A stretch of DNA of 64,000 bases from an uncultured Elusimicrobia bacterium (GTDB lineage Bacteria; Elusimicrobiota; Elusimicrobia; UBA1565; UBA9628). The position numbers were made by a program, and so were the translations under genes. Within the stretch, counting starts at the first letter, position 1. Every line of letters begins with the position of its first letter. Below the pieces are notes generated by a model. The model saw nothing but the letters and a program-made list of their open reading frames with translations, searched no databases and was not told the DNA's origin. This document shows positions 28,984-39,580 of this stretch, piece by piece. The DNA lies in NCBI GenBank assembly GCA_903830945.1, contig CAIKVT010000021.1, positions 4,519-68,518 of the forward strand, in the 5' to 3' direction.

Positions 28984-31277
28984 CGGAGATGGGAGATCCT
29001 GGCGATGGTCAGCTGAGCGCCGCCCCCTCCGGGGAAGGAGAACTGCCGCCCTCCGGGGGCCGTGTGCCCATGCGCACGGTGGTCTTGCCCGTGCGCGGCA
29101 TGCACTGCGCCTCCTGCGTGGCGAAGATGGAGTCCGTGGTGGGAGCGCTGAGCGGGGTCCATTCCGTGAGCGTGGACTTGCCCTCCCGTACGGTCGCCGT
29201 TGCCTATGCGCCGCTCCCCGGCCGCTTCGGCGTGCGGGAACTGCGCCGCGCGATAGAGGGCGCCGGTTACGACGTGCTGGGAGAATCCGAGTCCCGGGCC
29301 CAGGCCGAACAGCTGAGCCTGCTGGCCCAGCAGAGCGAGCAGCGCGTGCTCATGACGCGTCTGCAATGGAGCATGCTCTTCGCCGTGCCGCTGTTCTTGT
29401 CGGACTGGCTCAACCTCTCACCCTATACTGAGTTCTTGCTGGCCATACCGTTGCAGGTCTGGGGCGGCTGGCATTTCCACGAGGGGCTCGTGCGCAGCCT
29501 GCGGCGGCGCAGCGCGGACATGAATACCTTGGTGTCCTTGAGCACCTGGGCGGCCTTTTTGCTCAGCGCTTATGTGAGCATGTTCCCCGAAAGCCTGCCG
29601 GCGGCGGCGCGTCATCCGCAATGGGACGCGGTCGCGGGCCTGGTGACGATGATCACCTTGGGCCGTTGGCTCGAGGCCAAGACCCGGGGCAAGACAAATG
29701 AGGCCGTGGCCAAGCTCATGCGCATCGCGCCTAAGACAGTCCGGGTCTTGCGCGCGGGGCCTGGGCATTCCGCCCAGGCCGAGACCGTGCCCATCTCAGA
29801 GGTCGAGGTGGGGGAGATCATCCAGGTGCGGCCCGGGGAGCAGATCGGGCTCGACGGAGCGGTCCTTTCCGGCTCCTCCACAGTGGACGAATCGCTCTTG
29901 ACCGGGGAGAGCCTGCCGGTCGAGAAATCCCTGGGTTCGCGCGTTTGGGGCGGTTCCATCAATAAGACCGGAGCCTTGGATGTCCGTGTAGCAAAGCCGG
30001 GATCGGAATCGGCCTTGGCCCGCATCGTGGAAGCGGTCCGTTTCAGCCAGGCGACCAAGCCCCGCATCCAGCGTTTCGTGGATCGTGTGACGGGTTGGTT
30101 CGTGCCGGGCGTGATTCTCGCGGGCGTCGCCTGTGCCGTGCTTTGGGCGCTTTACGGCCCGGAGCCTAAGGTCGTCTTTGCCCTGACTTCCATGGTCTCG
30201 GTCTTCGCTGTGGCCTGCCCTTGCGCCCTGGGCCTGGCCACGCCGCTGGCCATCGTGGCCGGGGTGGGCCGGGCCGCGGAGATGGGCGTCTTCATCCGCA
30301 ACGCGGACGTCCTGGAGGCCGTGGGCCGCCTGGACGTGGTTCTCTTTGATAAGACAGGGACTTTGACCGAGGGCCGTCCGCGCGTGGTGGAAGCGGTGAT
30401 CGTTGCGGGCGGGCGCGACGAGATGCTCTCCTACGCTTTCGCCGCGGAGCAGCGCTCGGAGCATCCGTTCGCGGCCGCGGTGGTGGCTTACGCCAAGGGC
30501 GCGGGAGTGTCTGCGGCGAAGGTCGACTCTTTCGAGGCTTTTCCCGGTCGCGGAGTCCTGGCCACCAGCGGCGGACGCACCGTGCGCGTGGGCAGTCTGG
30601 GCTGGCTTAAGGAGAACGGCGCTCCGATCCCGCTGGAGCATGCCAGGCGGTTTCAGGAAGAGGCGGGCTCGCTGCTTGGCGTGGTCGTGGACGGCCGCTT
30701 CCTGGGAGTCTTCCTGTTGGCCGACACATTGCGTCCTTCCGCCAAGTCCGCGGTGAGCGCGCTCAAGGACATGGGCCTGGAGGTCTACCTGGTCTCCGGC
30801 GACCGTAACGCGGCCTCCTACCGGGTCGCGGAGGCCGTGGGCATATCGACTGTTTTCGCCGAGGTGCTGCCCGAGGAAAAGGTCAAGACCGTGGCACGGC
30901 TCCAGGCGGAAGGAAAGCGGGTGGCCATGGTAGGCGAAGGGTTCAACGACGCCCCGGCCCTGAGTGCGGCGGATATCGGAATTTCCCTGGCCTCCGGCAC
31001 GGACATCGCTATCGAGGCCGCGGACATCACGCTCGTCAATCCGGACCTGGAGACCTTGGCCCTGGCAATCCGTTTGAGCCAGAAGATCCGCAAGGTCATC
31101 TGGGAGAACCTGGTGCTCTCCTTCGCATACAACCTGTTGCTCATCCCGGTGGCGGCTGGGGCGCTCTATGCGCCTTTCGGGATATTGCTCAAGCCCCAGT
31201 ATGCGGGAGCGGCCATGGCGCTTTCGTCGATCTCAGTCGCCTTGAATTCCCTGCGTTTGCGGAGGAAGAAGATATGA
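28980..31277 (+). CDS. copA: Copper-translocating P1B-type ATPase
   Basis: HMA domain GMHCASC; TGES, CPC, DKTGT, SEHP, YN and MALSS. Start is uncertain (28980, 28989 or 29070). Confidence 0.93.
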   Translation: MTEMGDPGDGQLSAAPSGEGELPPSGGRVPMRTVVLPVRGMHCASCVAKMESVVGALSGVHSVSVDLPSRTVAVAYAPLPGRFGVRELRRAIEGAGYDVLGESESRAQAEQLSLLAQQSEQRVLMTRLQWSMLFAVPLFLSDWLNLSPYTEFLLAIPLQVWGGWHFHEGLVRSLRRRSADMNTLVSLSTWAAFLLSAYVSMFPESLPAAARHPQWDAVAGLVTMITLGRWLEAKTRGKTNEAVAKLMRIAPKTVRVLRAGPGHSAQAETVPISEVEVGEIIQVRPGEQIGLDGAVLSGSSTVDESLLTGESLPVEKSLGSRVWGGSINKTGALDVRVAKPGSESALARIVEAVRFSQATKPRIQRFVDRVTGWFVPGVILAGVACAVLWALYGPEPKVVFALTSMVSVFAVACPCALGLATPLAIVAGVGRAAEMGVFIRNADVLEAVGRLDVVLFDKTGTLTEGRPRVVEAVIVAGGRDEMLSYAFAAEQRSEHPFAAAVVAYAKGAGVSAAKVDSFEAFPGRGVLATSGGRTVRVGSLGWLKENGAPIPLEHARRFQEEAGSLLGVVVDGRFLGVFLLADTLRPSAKSAVSALKDMGLEVYLVSGDRNAASYRVAEAVGISTVFAEVLPEEKVKTVARLQAEGKRVAMVGEGFNDAPALSAADIGISLASGTDIAIEAADITLVNPDLETLALAIRLSQKIRKVIWENLVLSFAYNLLLIPVAAGALYAPFGILLKPQYAGAAMALSSISVALNSLRLRRKKI

Positions 31278-31690
31278 AGAAAAGACTGTTCTATGGATAT
31301 CGTCCGGAGCTGGCTCTTTGCGGGGCGGATGCTCCTTTGCCGCCCATCGAGACCTGGCCGAACCAGCATCGGGGTTATGAGATACGCATCGAGCATCCTG
31401 AATTCACGTCGGTGTGCCCGAAGACGAAGCTGCCGGATTTTGGGACCTTGACGTTGAGCTACGAGCCGGCCCGGCGGTGCATCGAGCTGAAGTCCTTCAA
31501 GTATTACCTGCTGGGGTACCGCAATATGGGGATATTCTACGAGAACGCGGTCAACCGCATCCTTCAGGACATGGTCAGGGCCACGAAGCCCGTCTGGGCG
31601 GAGTTGGCGGGGTCGTTTACCACGCGCGGCGGCATGCGGTCGACCATCGTGGCCCGATATGGGACGAGGCGGATTTCGCACCGCCATTGA
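31274..31690 (+). CDS. queF: preQ0 reductase (NADPH-dependent 7-cyano-7-deazaguanine reductase)
   Basis: [29 protein letters not shown] and RGG. Confidence 0.95.
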   Translation: MKKRLFYGYRPELALCGADAPLPPIETWPNQHRGYEIRIEHPEFTSVCPKTKLPDFGTLTLSYEPARRCIELKSFKYYLLGYRNMGIFYENAVNRILQDMVRATKPVWAELAGSFTTRGGMRSTIVARYGTRRISHRH

Positions 31691-31825
31691 ATCTCTAGAT
31701 GCATTTTGGTATCTTCTCCTTGCTTCTTTTGCTCTTTTATTAAAAATCTGTGGCGTTCCGATTGTCGCGCCCAGTCGGCGCAGTGATAGCGCCCTGGGGA
31801 AGTATGGCACTGGATCGGTTTAAGT

Positions 31826-31897
31826 GCCCAGTTGGCGCAGTGGTAGCGCGTTCCCTTGACATGGGAAAGGTCATAGGTTCAAATCCTATACTGGGCA
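31826..31897 (+). tRNA. tRNA-Val(GAC)
   Basis: GCCCAGTTGGCGCAGTGGTAGCGCGTTCCCTTGACATGGGAAAGGTCATAGGTTCAAATCCTATACTGGGCA; CCA not encoded. Confidence 0.95.
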
Positions 31898-31932
31898 CAT
31901 CGTTAACGAGAATGAGAACGGAGTCCTCAAAA

Positions 31933-33690
31933 ATGGCTGAAGTCGCCGTCGACATCGCGACCGTTCGGCACTCCTGCGCTCACGTGCTGGCGCAGGCCGT
32001 GCAGGACCTTTTCCCGGGAACCAAGCTCGGCATCGGCCCGGCCATCGAGAACGGTTTCTACTACGACTTCGATACCCAGCACCACTTCGTCCCGGAGGAC
32101 CTGCCCCGCATCGAGGCGCGCATGCGTGAGATAGCGGAGGCGCGTCAGGCCTTCGTGCGCGCCGAGTGCACGAAGGACGAGGCCAGCGAGTTCCTCAAAA
32201 AGTCGGACGAGAAGCTTAAGATCGAGCTCCTGGGGGACCTTAAGGATGCGACGGTCAGCTTCTATACCAACGGCCCCTTCACCGATATGTGCCGCGGCCC
32301 CCATGTCGCCGACACCGGGGAGATCCGTCATTTTAAGCTGACCTCCATCGCCGGCGCCTACTGGCGCGGCGATGAGAAGCGGCCGATGCTGCAGCGTATC
32401 TACGGCACGGTTTGGACGACCCAGGATCAATTGGACGGTCACCTTAAGATGCTGGAGGAGGCCAAGGCGCGGGACCATCGCAAGTTGGGTCAGGCTCTGG
32501 AGCTTTTCAGCATCGACGAGGCGGCCGGCCCCGGTCTCATCCTGTGGCATCCCAAGGGCGCGCGCATACGCATGGCCATAGAGGAGTGGCTCAAGGGCGA
32601 GGCTCTCCGGCGCGGCTACGAATGGATATACACCCCGCATATCGCGCAACTTTCTCTCTGGCAGACCTCGGGGCATGCCAGTTTTTTCCGGGAGAGCATG
32701 TTCCAGCCGCTGGAGGTGGAAAAGGCGCAGTATCAGCTCAAGCCGATGAACTGCCCTTTTCATATCCTCATCTATAAAAGCCGGCTGCACAGTTATCGCG
32801 AGCTTCCGCTGCGCTTCGCCGAATTGGGCACGGTTTACCGCTACGAGCGCTCAGGGGTTCTGCATGGCCTCTTGCGGGTTCGGGGCTTCACGCAGGACGA
32901 TGCCCATATTTTTTGCGCGCCGGAGAGCATCGAGTCCGAGATCGACGGCTGCATCGATTTCGCGTTGGCGGTGCTCAAGACCTTCGGCTTTGAGAAATAC
33001 ACCGTCGACCTGTCCACTTGGGATCCGGACAAGCGTTCCGACTACAGCGGCGAGGCCGAAGATTGGAAGCGCGCCCAGGGCGCCCTTGAGACCGTGCTCA
33101 AGCGTCGGGGCATCGATTTCCGCCTGATCCCGGGCGAGGCCGCCTTCTATGGTCCGAAGATTGATTTTAAGCTCATCGACGCCATCGGGCGCTCCTGGCA
33201 GTTGACTACTATCCAGTTCGATTTCAATCTTCCCGAGAAGTTCGGCCTGGAGTACGTGGCCGAGGACGGGCAGCGGCGCCGGCCGTTTATGGTGCACCGG
33301 GCTTTGCTGGGTTCCCTGGAGCGTTTTTTCGGGATCCTCATTGAACACTACGCCGGGAAATTCCCGCTGTGGCTCTCGCCGGTGCAGGTCAAGATCCTCA
33401 CCATCACGGACGCCCAGGCCGACGCCGCGCAAGGCTTGGCGCGCCGTCTGGAGGACGCCGGCCTGCGCACGGCTCTGGATCTGCGTCCGGAGAAGGTCGG
33501 CGCCAAGGTGCGCGACGCCACGCTGGAGAAGATCCCTTACATGGTTGTCCTGGGCCCCAAGGACCTCGCGGCCGGCGTGCTTTCCGTGCGCCTGCGTGAC
33601 GGCCGGCAGGTCGGCGGACTCAAAGAGGAGGATTTCATGACCAAGCTCAAGGCCGAGATCGCCGGCAAGACGGCGACCCTATCGCTATGA
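31933..33690 (+). CDS. thrS: Threonine--tRNA ligase (short form lacking the TGS domain)
   Basis: RHSCAHVLAQAV, CRGPH, RDHRKLG, KPMNCP, RVRGFTQDD, AFYGPK and HRALLGSLERF. Confidence 0.98.
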   Translation: MAEVAVDIATVRHSCAHVLAQAVQDLFPGTKLGIGPAIENGFYYDFDTQHHFVPEDLPRIEARMREIAEARQAFVRAECTKDEASEFLKKSDEKLKIELLGDLKDATVSFYTNGPFTDMCRGPHVADTGEIRHFKLTSIAGAYWRGDEKRPMLQRIYGTVWTTQDQLDGHLKMLEEAKARDHRKLGQALELFSIDEAAGPGLILWHPKGARIRMAIEEWLKGEALRRGYEWIYTPHIAQLSLWQTSGHASFFRESMFQPLEVEKAQYQLKPMNCPFHILIYKSRLHSYRELPLRFAELGTVYRYERSGVLHGLLRVRGFTQDDAHIFCAPESIESEIDGCIDFALAVLKTFGFEKYTVDLSTWDPDKRSDYSGEAEDWKRAQGALETVLKRRGIDFRLIPGEAAFYGPKIDFKLIDAIGRSWQLTTIQFDFNLPEKFGLEYVAEDGQRRRPFMVHRALLGSLERFFGILIEHYAGKFPLWLSPVQVKILTITDAQADAAQGLARRLEDAGLRTALDLRPEKVGAKVRDATLEKIPYMVVLGPKDLAAGVLSVRLRDGRQVGGLKEEDFMTKLKAEIAGKTATLSL

Positions 33691-36600
33691 GGCGGTTCAA
33701 CATGTCCAAGCATACCAGATTCCTGGCGCACGGCAGTGCGCTGGCCGTTCTGCTCGTGCTGGCTCCGGCCTTCGCCTCCGCTCGCGCCATCACGCAGACC
33801 ACGGCGGAGGAGGAAGCCTTCGGCGCTGGCGCGCAGATGTACCAGGAGACGGGGCGCGATAAGATGGCCGTGGTTCAGGCTTTCGAGAATTTTATGAGCC
33901 AGTTCCCGCAGAGCCCGCGCGTGGCCGATGCCAACTTCATGATCGGCGAGGCCTACCTCGATCAGGCCTTGAGCATCCTCAAGGCCGAAGCCACCGCCAA
34001 GAAGAACTCGGCGGCGCGGCTCCTGGCGCCCAAGAACCCGGCCGCAGCCGTGGCCCTGGAGAATGCCGCCAAGGCCTTTCAGGCCGTCGCCGGCGATAAG
34101 AAATCCGGGCTTGCGCCCTCGGCCCTGTATCGCCTGGGCGAGGTCTATTATAATGAAAAGGATTGGAGCCGGGCCGTCGACGACTTCCGCGACGTGGAGA
34201 AGAACTTCTCCAAGTCCTATATCGTGCCGGAGGCGCTGTTGGGGGTCATCTACGCGGACCTAGCCCTGGAGCAGTTCTCTCAGGCCGAGGCTAACCTCTT
34301 CCTTCTTGGCGAGACCGACCCTGTATTCCTTAAAGAGCCATTGGTGCTCTACGCACAGGGAATCGTGAGCTTGCATAAGGGCGACTATTCGGCGGCCGAG
34401 GCCACCTTGAAAGCGGTGAAAACCGCCGAGGCCCAGTATTACCTGGGTAAGACTTACCTGCTCTCCAAGCGAGCCTACTTGGCCGCGGCCGCTTTCGAGA
34501 ACCTCATCCGCGACTATCCGGACTCCGACTTAAAGGAAGAGGCTCAGTTCTTCATTGGTGATTCCTTCTTTTTGGCCGAGGATTTTGACGGCGCCATCTC
34601 CAAGTACCAGAAGTTCCTCTCGTTCTACCCGGACTCCCCCTTGCGCGTCTCGGCTATGTTCCGCATCGGATCCTCCTACTTTCAAAAGAAGGATTTTGTG
34701 GAGGCGCGCGCCAACTTCCAGTCCGTTCTGGACCGCTATCCTAAGGACTTCTTCGCTCCGCTGGCCCAGTACTTCATCGCCGAGTCCTATCTCGTGGCCG
34801 GGCAAGTGCGCGAGGCCATGTTCGCCTACACCAAGGTCATCACCCAGTATCCGGAGACCGCCAAGGTCTCTCCACTGGCGCACTTCAAGCTGGCTTGGAC
34901 GGGCTATCAGGTGGGGGATTACACTCAGGCCTTGCAGACCTGCAACAACTTCGTGGCTCTCTATCCCACAAACGCCTTGGCCAAGAACGTCTACCTCGTC
35001 ATGGGCAATGCCCTCATCAAGCTCAAGCGCTATCAGGAAGCTACGGCCGCCCTCCAGCGCATCATCGACCTGGCACCATCATCGGACGTCGCGGAGCAGG
35101 CCCTCTTCACCATTCTGAAGAACCAGTTCGATCAGAAGGCTTATAATTCAATCCTTACTTCCTATCAGTTCATCTTCCGACACCTGCCGCCTTCCAAATC
35201 CAAGTGGCGCAGCATGAGCTATCTTTACGCGGCCGAGGCTTATTTAACCCTCAATCAGACGGAGGAAGCCAGGGTCATCTATGAGATGATCCTCAAGGTC
35301 TATCCTGACGACCCGGCCGCCTTCTACGCGCAGGACGGCCTGGCCTGGGCTTATTCCTATCAGGGCCAGGACGACCAGGCCCTGGTGGAGCGCCAGAAGC
35401 TTAAGGCCATGCTCTCGGCCGAGACCTCGACCTTCACCTTCTCGGGATTGAACGAGTTGGGCATCGCGGATAGCCTCTATAACCAGAAGTCCTATGACGA
35501 CGCCTTCCAGCTCTATAATAAGTTCGTCGACGGCAATCCCAAAGCGTCGGAGGCGCCGTCCGCCCTCTATCGCGCGGGCATGAGCCTCTACCACCAGCGC
35601 TACTACACCCAGGCCATCGAGACCTGGCGCAAGCTTCAGGCCAACTATCCACAGGCCAAGGAGACGGTCCAGGCCGTGGTCCAGATCGCCGACACTTTGT
35701 TCCGCGCCCAGAAATACGACGAGTCCATTGCCGCCTACAGAGGCATCATCACCAACTATCCACAGAGTGAACAGCTGCCCATGGCCTACCTGCGCATCGC
35801 CCAGGCGGCCTTCAATAGCAACAATGATGATGCTGCGGTCAAGCAGGTCCGGGAGCTGGTGGCGAAGTTTCCCAAGGCTCCTGAGTCGACGGACGGCATG
35901 GATCTCCTGGAGGCTATTTTCGACCGCAATAAGTCCGTCAATTATAAGACTTTTCTGCGCGAGTTGGTCGCGGCCAACCCAGCCAGCCCCATCGCCGCGG
36001 AAGCGCAGTTCCGCCTGGCGCGGCGCTGCTTCGAGGCCAAGGACTTCGCCACGGCTGCCGTGGAGTTTCAGAAATTCAGCGTGGACTTCACCAACAATTC
36101 TCAGCTGGTCAAGGCCCAGTTCTACCTGGGGGAGAGCTACTTGAGCCAGAATGATTACGCTAACGCCATCCCCGCTTATGAGCGCCTGCTTAATAACTTT
36201 GATAAGGACGAAGACACGCCGCTGACGTTGTTCCACTTGGCCAGCGCCAATTACGCCCTCAAGAAGTACGATGAGGCGGTGAAGTACTACACCCGCCTGG
36301 GGGAGGAGTATCCCAAGGCGTCCTACGCTAAGGAGACCCAGTTCAATTTGGCCCTGGCCTACAAGGCACTGGGCAAGGCTGACTTGGCCCAATACGCTTA
36401 TCAGAAGTATATCGAGCTGGTCGGCGACACTGACCCTCTGGCCCAGTCGGCGCTCTGGGAGATCTTCAGTCTGCAGAAGGACCGCCGGGATTACGATGGG
36501 GCGCTGTCGACTCTCCAGCAGATACAAGGCCACGCCCAACCGGGTTCGGATACGCCGTTTGAAGCGACCTACCGCATGGGCGAGATTGACTTGGCCATTA

Positions 36601-37013
36601 ACCGGCCGGACGAGGCCATGAACATATGGGTGAAGCTTCAGGGCATGAAGCCCGCCAACAATCCTTTCCGCCTCGACGCCTTGATCAAGCTCGGCGAGGC
36701 CTACGAGAAGGCTTCGGACAATGAGCGGGCCGTCATCGTCTATGAGGACTTGGCCCACAACGCGGGTCGGGAGATCGCCCAGTCGGCCGCGGCCAGGGCC
36801 GCGGCCCTGCGCCGACAAGGCGGGGGGGGCAAGGCCTCCGGTGAGCCGGATCAGAAGTGGGCAGCTCCGGCGTCGCGCAAGGGTGCCATCCGTAACAAGA
36901 AGGTCCCGGCCAGCGCGCCGGCGACGGTCCCGCAGGCGGCGCCCGCTGCGGCCCCCGTGGAGAAGGCCGGGTCGCTCAATCTGCCCGGGATGACAGGCGG
37001 CGAAGGGCAATAG
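33687..37013 (+). CDS. Large periplasmic TPR protein (BamD/CpoB-like repeats)
   Basis: Signal peptide; many YP.S...A.F..G..Y TPR units over about 1000 aa; ATGA overlap with thrS. Confidence 0.88.
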   Translation: MRRFNMSKHTRFLAHGSALAVLLVLAPAFASARAITQTTAEEEAFGAGAQMYQETGRDKMAVVQAFENFMSQFPQSPRVADANFMIGEAYLDQALSILKAEATAKKNSAARLLAPKNPAAAVALENAAKAFQAVAGDKKSGLAPSALYRLGEVYYNEKDWSRAVDDFRDVEKNFSKSYIVPEALLGVIYADLALEQFSQAEANLFLLGETDPVFLKEPLVLYAQGIVSLHKGDYSAAEATLKAVKTAEAQYYLGKTYLLSKRAYLAAAAFENLIRDYPDSDLKEEAQFFIGDSFFLAEDFDGAISKYQKFLSFYPDSPLRVSAMFRIGSSYFQKKDFVEARANFQSVLDRYPKDFFAPLAQYFIAESYLVAGQVREAMFAYTKVITQYPETAKVSPLAHFKLAWTGYQVGDYTQALQTCNNFVALYPTNALAKNVYLVMGNALIKLKRYQEATAALQRIIDLAPSSDVAEQALFTILKNQFDQKAYNSILTSYQFIFRHLPPSKSKWRSMSYLYAAEAYLTLNQTEEARVIYEMILKVYPDDPAAFYAQDGLAWAYSYQGQDDQALVERQKLKAMLSAETSTFTFSGLNELGIADSLYNQKSYDDAFQLYNKFVDGNPKASEAPSALYRAGMSLYHQRYYTQAIETWRKLQANYPQAKETVQAVVQIADTLFRAQKYDESIAAYRGIITNYPQSEQLPMAYLRIAQAAFNSNNDDAAVKQVRELVAKFPKAPESTDGMDLLEAIFDRNKSVNYKTFLRELVAANPASPIAAEAQFRLARRCFEAKDFATAAVEFQKFSVDFTNNSQLVKAQFYLGESYLSQNDYANAIPAYERLLNNFDKDEDTPLTLFHLASANYALKKYDEAVKYYTRLGEEYPKASYAKETQFNLALAYKALGKADLAQYAYQKYIELVGDTDPLAQSALWEIFSLQKDRRDYDGALSTLQQIQGHAQPGSDTPFEATYRMGEIDLAINRPDEAMNIWVKLQGMKPANNPFRLDALIKLGEAYEKASDNERAVIVYEDLAHNAGREIAQSAAARAAALRRQGGGGKASGEPDQKWAAPASRKGAIRNKKVPASAPATVPQAAPAAAPVEKAGSLNLPGMTGGEGQ

Positions 37014-37034
37014 GCGGCGCCCAAGGAGAACCTG

Positions 37035-37652
37035 ATGCTCGGCGACAATAGCGTGCTGGTGATGCTCAAAGACAGTTTTACCCTCATCATCCTCGGTTTC
37101 TGCTCCGTGCTCAACATCACGTTTATGATCGAGCGCTGGTGGACCATCCGCAGGGCGCAGGGCAGTGGAGACGCCATCTTGACCCACGTGCATAAGTTCC
37201 TGCAGGAGGGCAAGGCCGAGGCGGCCCAGCAGTACTGCCACAAGCATCCCTCCGCGGTCGGCCAGGTCATCTATTACGGCCTGCTGCACGCCTCGCGGCC
37301 GCGCAAGGACCTCGATGAGCTGCTCGCGAGCAAGCGTTTGGAGGAGCGACTCAAGCTCGAGCGCTATCTGGGCGTGCTGGGCACGCTTGGCAACATCGCG
37401 CCTTTCATCGGCCTTTTCGGCACGGTCGTGGGCATAATCAAGGCCTTCCGCGATCTGGCTCTCTCGGGTGGGGGCGGCCCGGCGGTGGTGGCTAGGGGTA
37501 TCGCCGAAGCGCTGGTGGCGACTGCGGGGGGCCTCGTGGTGGCCATTCCGGCGGTCATCATCTATAATTATTTCATGCGTAAGGTGAAGACCATCTCGGT
37601 AGAGATGGAGGTGGCATCGATCCGGCTGATGGTCATGCTGGGGTCCAAGTAG
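37035..37652 (+). CDS. MotA/TolQ/ExbB proton channel
   Basis: LGTLGNIAPFIGLFGTVVGII and GIAEALVATAGGLVVAIPA. Confidence 0.95.
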   Translation: MLGDNSVLVMLKDSFTLIILGFCSVLNITFMIERWWTIRRAQGSGDAILTHVHKFLQEGKAEAAQQYCHKHPSAVGQVIYYGLLHASRPRKDLDELLASKRLEERLKLERYLGVLGTLGNIAPFIGLFGTVVGIIKAFRDLALSGGGGPAVVARGIAEALVATAGGLVVAIPAVIIYNYFMRKVKTISVEMEVASIRLMVMLGSK

Positions 37653-37659
37653 AGGGAGC

Positions 37660-38091
37660 ATGGCTGGAGCGAGCCAGAAGGCCGACGAGCCAATCGTCGA
37701 CATCAACGTCACACCTCTGGTGGACGTGTGTCTGGTCCTGGTCATTATCTTCATGGCCGTAGCACCCATGGCCATGACCTGGGGCATCACCGTGCTCCAT
37801 TCCAAGGCCAAGACCGCCGAAGGCAAGGCCTCCATCGAGGAGAACGTCCAGGTCAAGCTTACGGTCGACGGCAAGCTCACGGTCAATGGCGCGGCCGTTC
37901 CTGCCGGCGGGCTGGCGGGCAAGATCTCGGAGGCCCTCGTGCGCAGCAAGGACAAGATGGTCACGGTCACGGCTGACGAGGGCAACCATGTGGGCGATGT
38001 GGTGGAAATCCTGGACACGGCCAAGCAGGCTGGCGCGGCCAAGGTCGCGATCTTGAAGAACGAGACCGCGCCTCCGGCTCCTAAGGGATGA
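37660..38091 (+). CDS. ExbD/TolR family protein 1
   Basis: INVTPLVDVCLVLVIIFM with the essential Asp. Confidence 0.93.
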   Translation: MAGASQKADEPIVDINVTPLVDVCLVLVIIFMAVAPMAMTWGITVLHSKAKTAEGKASIEENVQVKLTVDGKLTVNGAAVPAGGLAGKISEALVRSKDKMVTVTADEGNHVGDVVEILDTAKQAGAAKVAILKNETAPPAPKG

Positions 38092-38510
38092 GAATGTCAC
38101 GCACCGAATCCTCATTGGATGGCGACGATATCGTCTCGGGCATCAATGTGACGCCCTTGGTGGATGTTTGCCTGGTTCTGGTCATTATCTTCATGGTGAC
38201 CGCACCCATGCTTTCGGATCCGGTCATCAAAGTCGACTTGCCAAAGGCTCATACTAAGGAAGGAGAAGAGAAGGAAAAGATCACCATCACCCTGGGTAAG
38301 GACGGCCGCATGGCCTTGGATTATAAGGAATACAAGACCTTTGAAGCCATGGAGCCGGAACTCAAGGATAAGCTGGCCGGCAGCGAGTCCAAACTCATCA
38401 TCCTCAAGGCGGATGAGAACGCTTTACACGGCAGATTGGTGGACCTCATGGCCAAGGCCAAGGACGCGGGGGCCCAGTCGTTGACCATAGCCACGGAACG
38501 AAAGAAATAG
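38088..38510 (+). CDS. ExbD/TolR family protein 2
   Basis: INVTPLVDVCLVLVIIFMVTAP, VDLPKA and ILKAD. Confidence 0.93.
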   Translation: MRMSRTESSLDGDDIVSGINVTPLVDVCLVLVIIFMVTAPMLSDPVIKVDLPKAHTKEGEEKEKITITLGKDGRMALDYKEYKTFEAMEPELKDKLAGSESKLIILKADENALHGRLVDLMAKAKDAGAQSLTIATERKK

Positions 38511-38528
38511 CGAGGTGTCGAAAGAATC

Positions 38529-39578
38529 GTGACGCAGGCGCGCTTGCCAATGTCGGTGACGGCCTCCATGGCCCTGCATGTCGGGGGAATCTTCCTTTTC
38601 GTGCATATCTCGCAGATCGGGATCAAGGCGAAGTCCGTCGACATCCAGAATGTCGATATCATTCGTGTGTTTAAGCCCACTCCCGCGCCGCAGGTCAAGG
38701 TCAAGGCTCCGCCGCCGACCATCAAGGATTTCTTGAAGATGGCCCTACCGGCCGTGCATAGGCCCCAGCTCATGACCATGCAGGCCAAGCTCCCGGATAT
38801 CCGCCGGCCCCTGCTGCAGGCCACGCCCAAGCTCGAGGATAGGCACATGCAGCAACTGGCGAAGCTGGACGCCCTCGACCTCAATAAGCGCCGCGTGGAC
38901 GAGGCCCGGATCGATACGAAACTTGAAGAGCGCCATACGACGGCCTTAGCCGCCCTGCCGCGCCTGGAAGATGTGGGCCGGCGGCAGGTGCGAAACCTCC
39001 CCGCCGCCATCAAGCTTGAAGAGCAGCGTCAAGACGCCGTGGCTCTTAAGTCCATCCAGGGCATGGCGGTCTCGCCGACGCGCCGCGGCGTGGCCCCGGC
39101 GGAGGTGCTCCAGGAGGCCACTCCCCAACAGAGTTCGCGGTTGGCAAGGATCACCAGCTTCCTGCCGACGGCTTCCGAGTCTGTCCAGCTTCAGCCGCGG
39201 GCCGCGGAGCCTCCGCCTATGATGAAGAAGATCGAGATTGCGCCTCCCTCGCCCAAACGCACGGCCTCCGTCCAGCAGGAGAAGAAGAGAACCGTGGAGA
39301 TCGAGGGTCCCTTGGCCAATCGAAGGGTGCTGTCCTACGATGTGCCTCAGTTTCCGGATTGGGCCAAACAGCGCAACATCATCGAGGCCGAGGTCGTGAT
39401 CCTCTTCTATGTGGACTCGGAAGGCAACGTCCTCTCGGACATGCGCGTCGAACACACTTCCGGTTACGGCCAGCTCGACCGCCTGTCCATGGACAGCCTG
39501 CGTAACTGGAAGTTCGTTCCCATCAGCAGCAGTGAAAGGCAATGGGGAAAAATCACATTCCGTTTTATTCTGGAGTGA
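38529..39578 (+). CDS. TonB/TolA family energy transducer
   Basis: TM with SMALH (SxxxH); C-terminal FPDWAK...FYVDSEGNV...TSGYGQLDRLSMDSLRNWKF. Confidence 0.88.
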   Translation: MTQARLPMSVTASMALHVGGIFLFVHISQIGIKAKSVDIQNVDIIRVFKPTPAPQVKVKAPPPTIKDFLKMALPAVHRPQLMTMQAKLPDIRRPLLQATPKLEDRHMQQLAKLDALDLNKRRVDEARIDTKLEERHTTALAALPRLEDVGRRQVRNLPAAIKLEEQRQDAVALKSIQGMAVSPTRRGVAPAEVLQEATPQQSSRLARITSFLPTASESVQLQPRAAEPPPMMKKIEIAPPSPKRTASVQQEKKRTVEIEGPLANRRVLSYDVPQFPDWAKQRNIIEAEVVILFYVDSEGNVLSDMRVEHTSGYGQLDRLSMDSLRNWKFVPISSSERQWGKITFRFILE

Positions 39579-39580
39579 CA

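Noticed and set aside
31700-31932. T-box leader for thrS
   Set aside because: No T-box bulge consensus or terminator is present, and the space is occupied by tRNA-Val.
35244-38042. 932-aa minus-strand ORF
   Set aside because: It is the antisense shadow of the TPR/ExbB/ExbD genes; such shadows are typical of high-GC codon bias, and it has no motifs.
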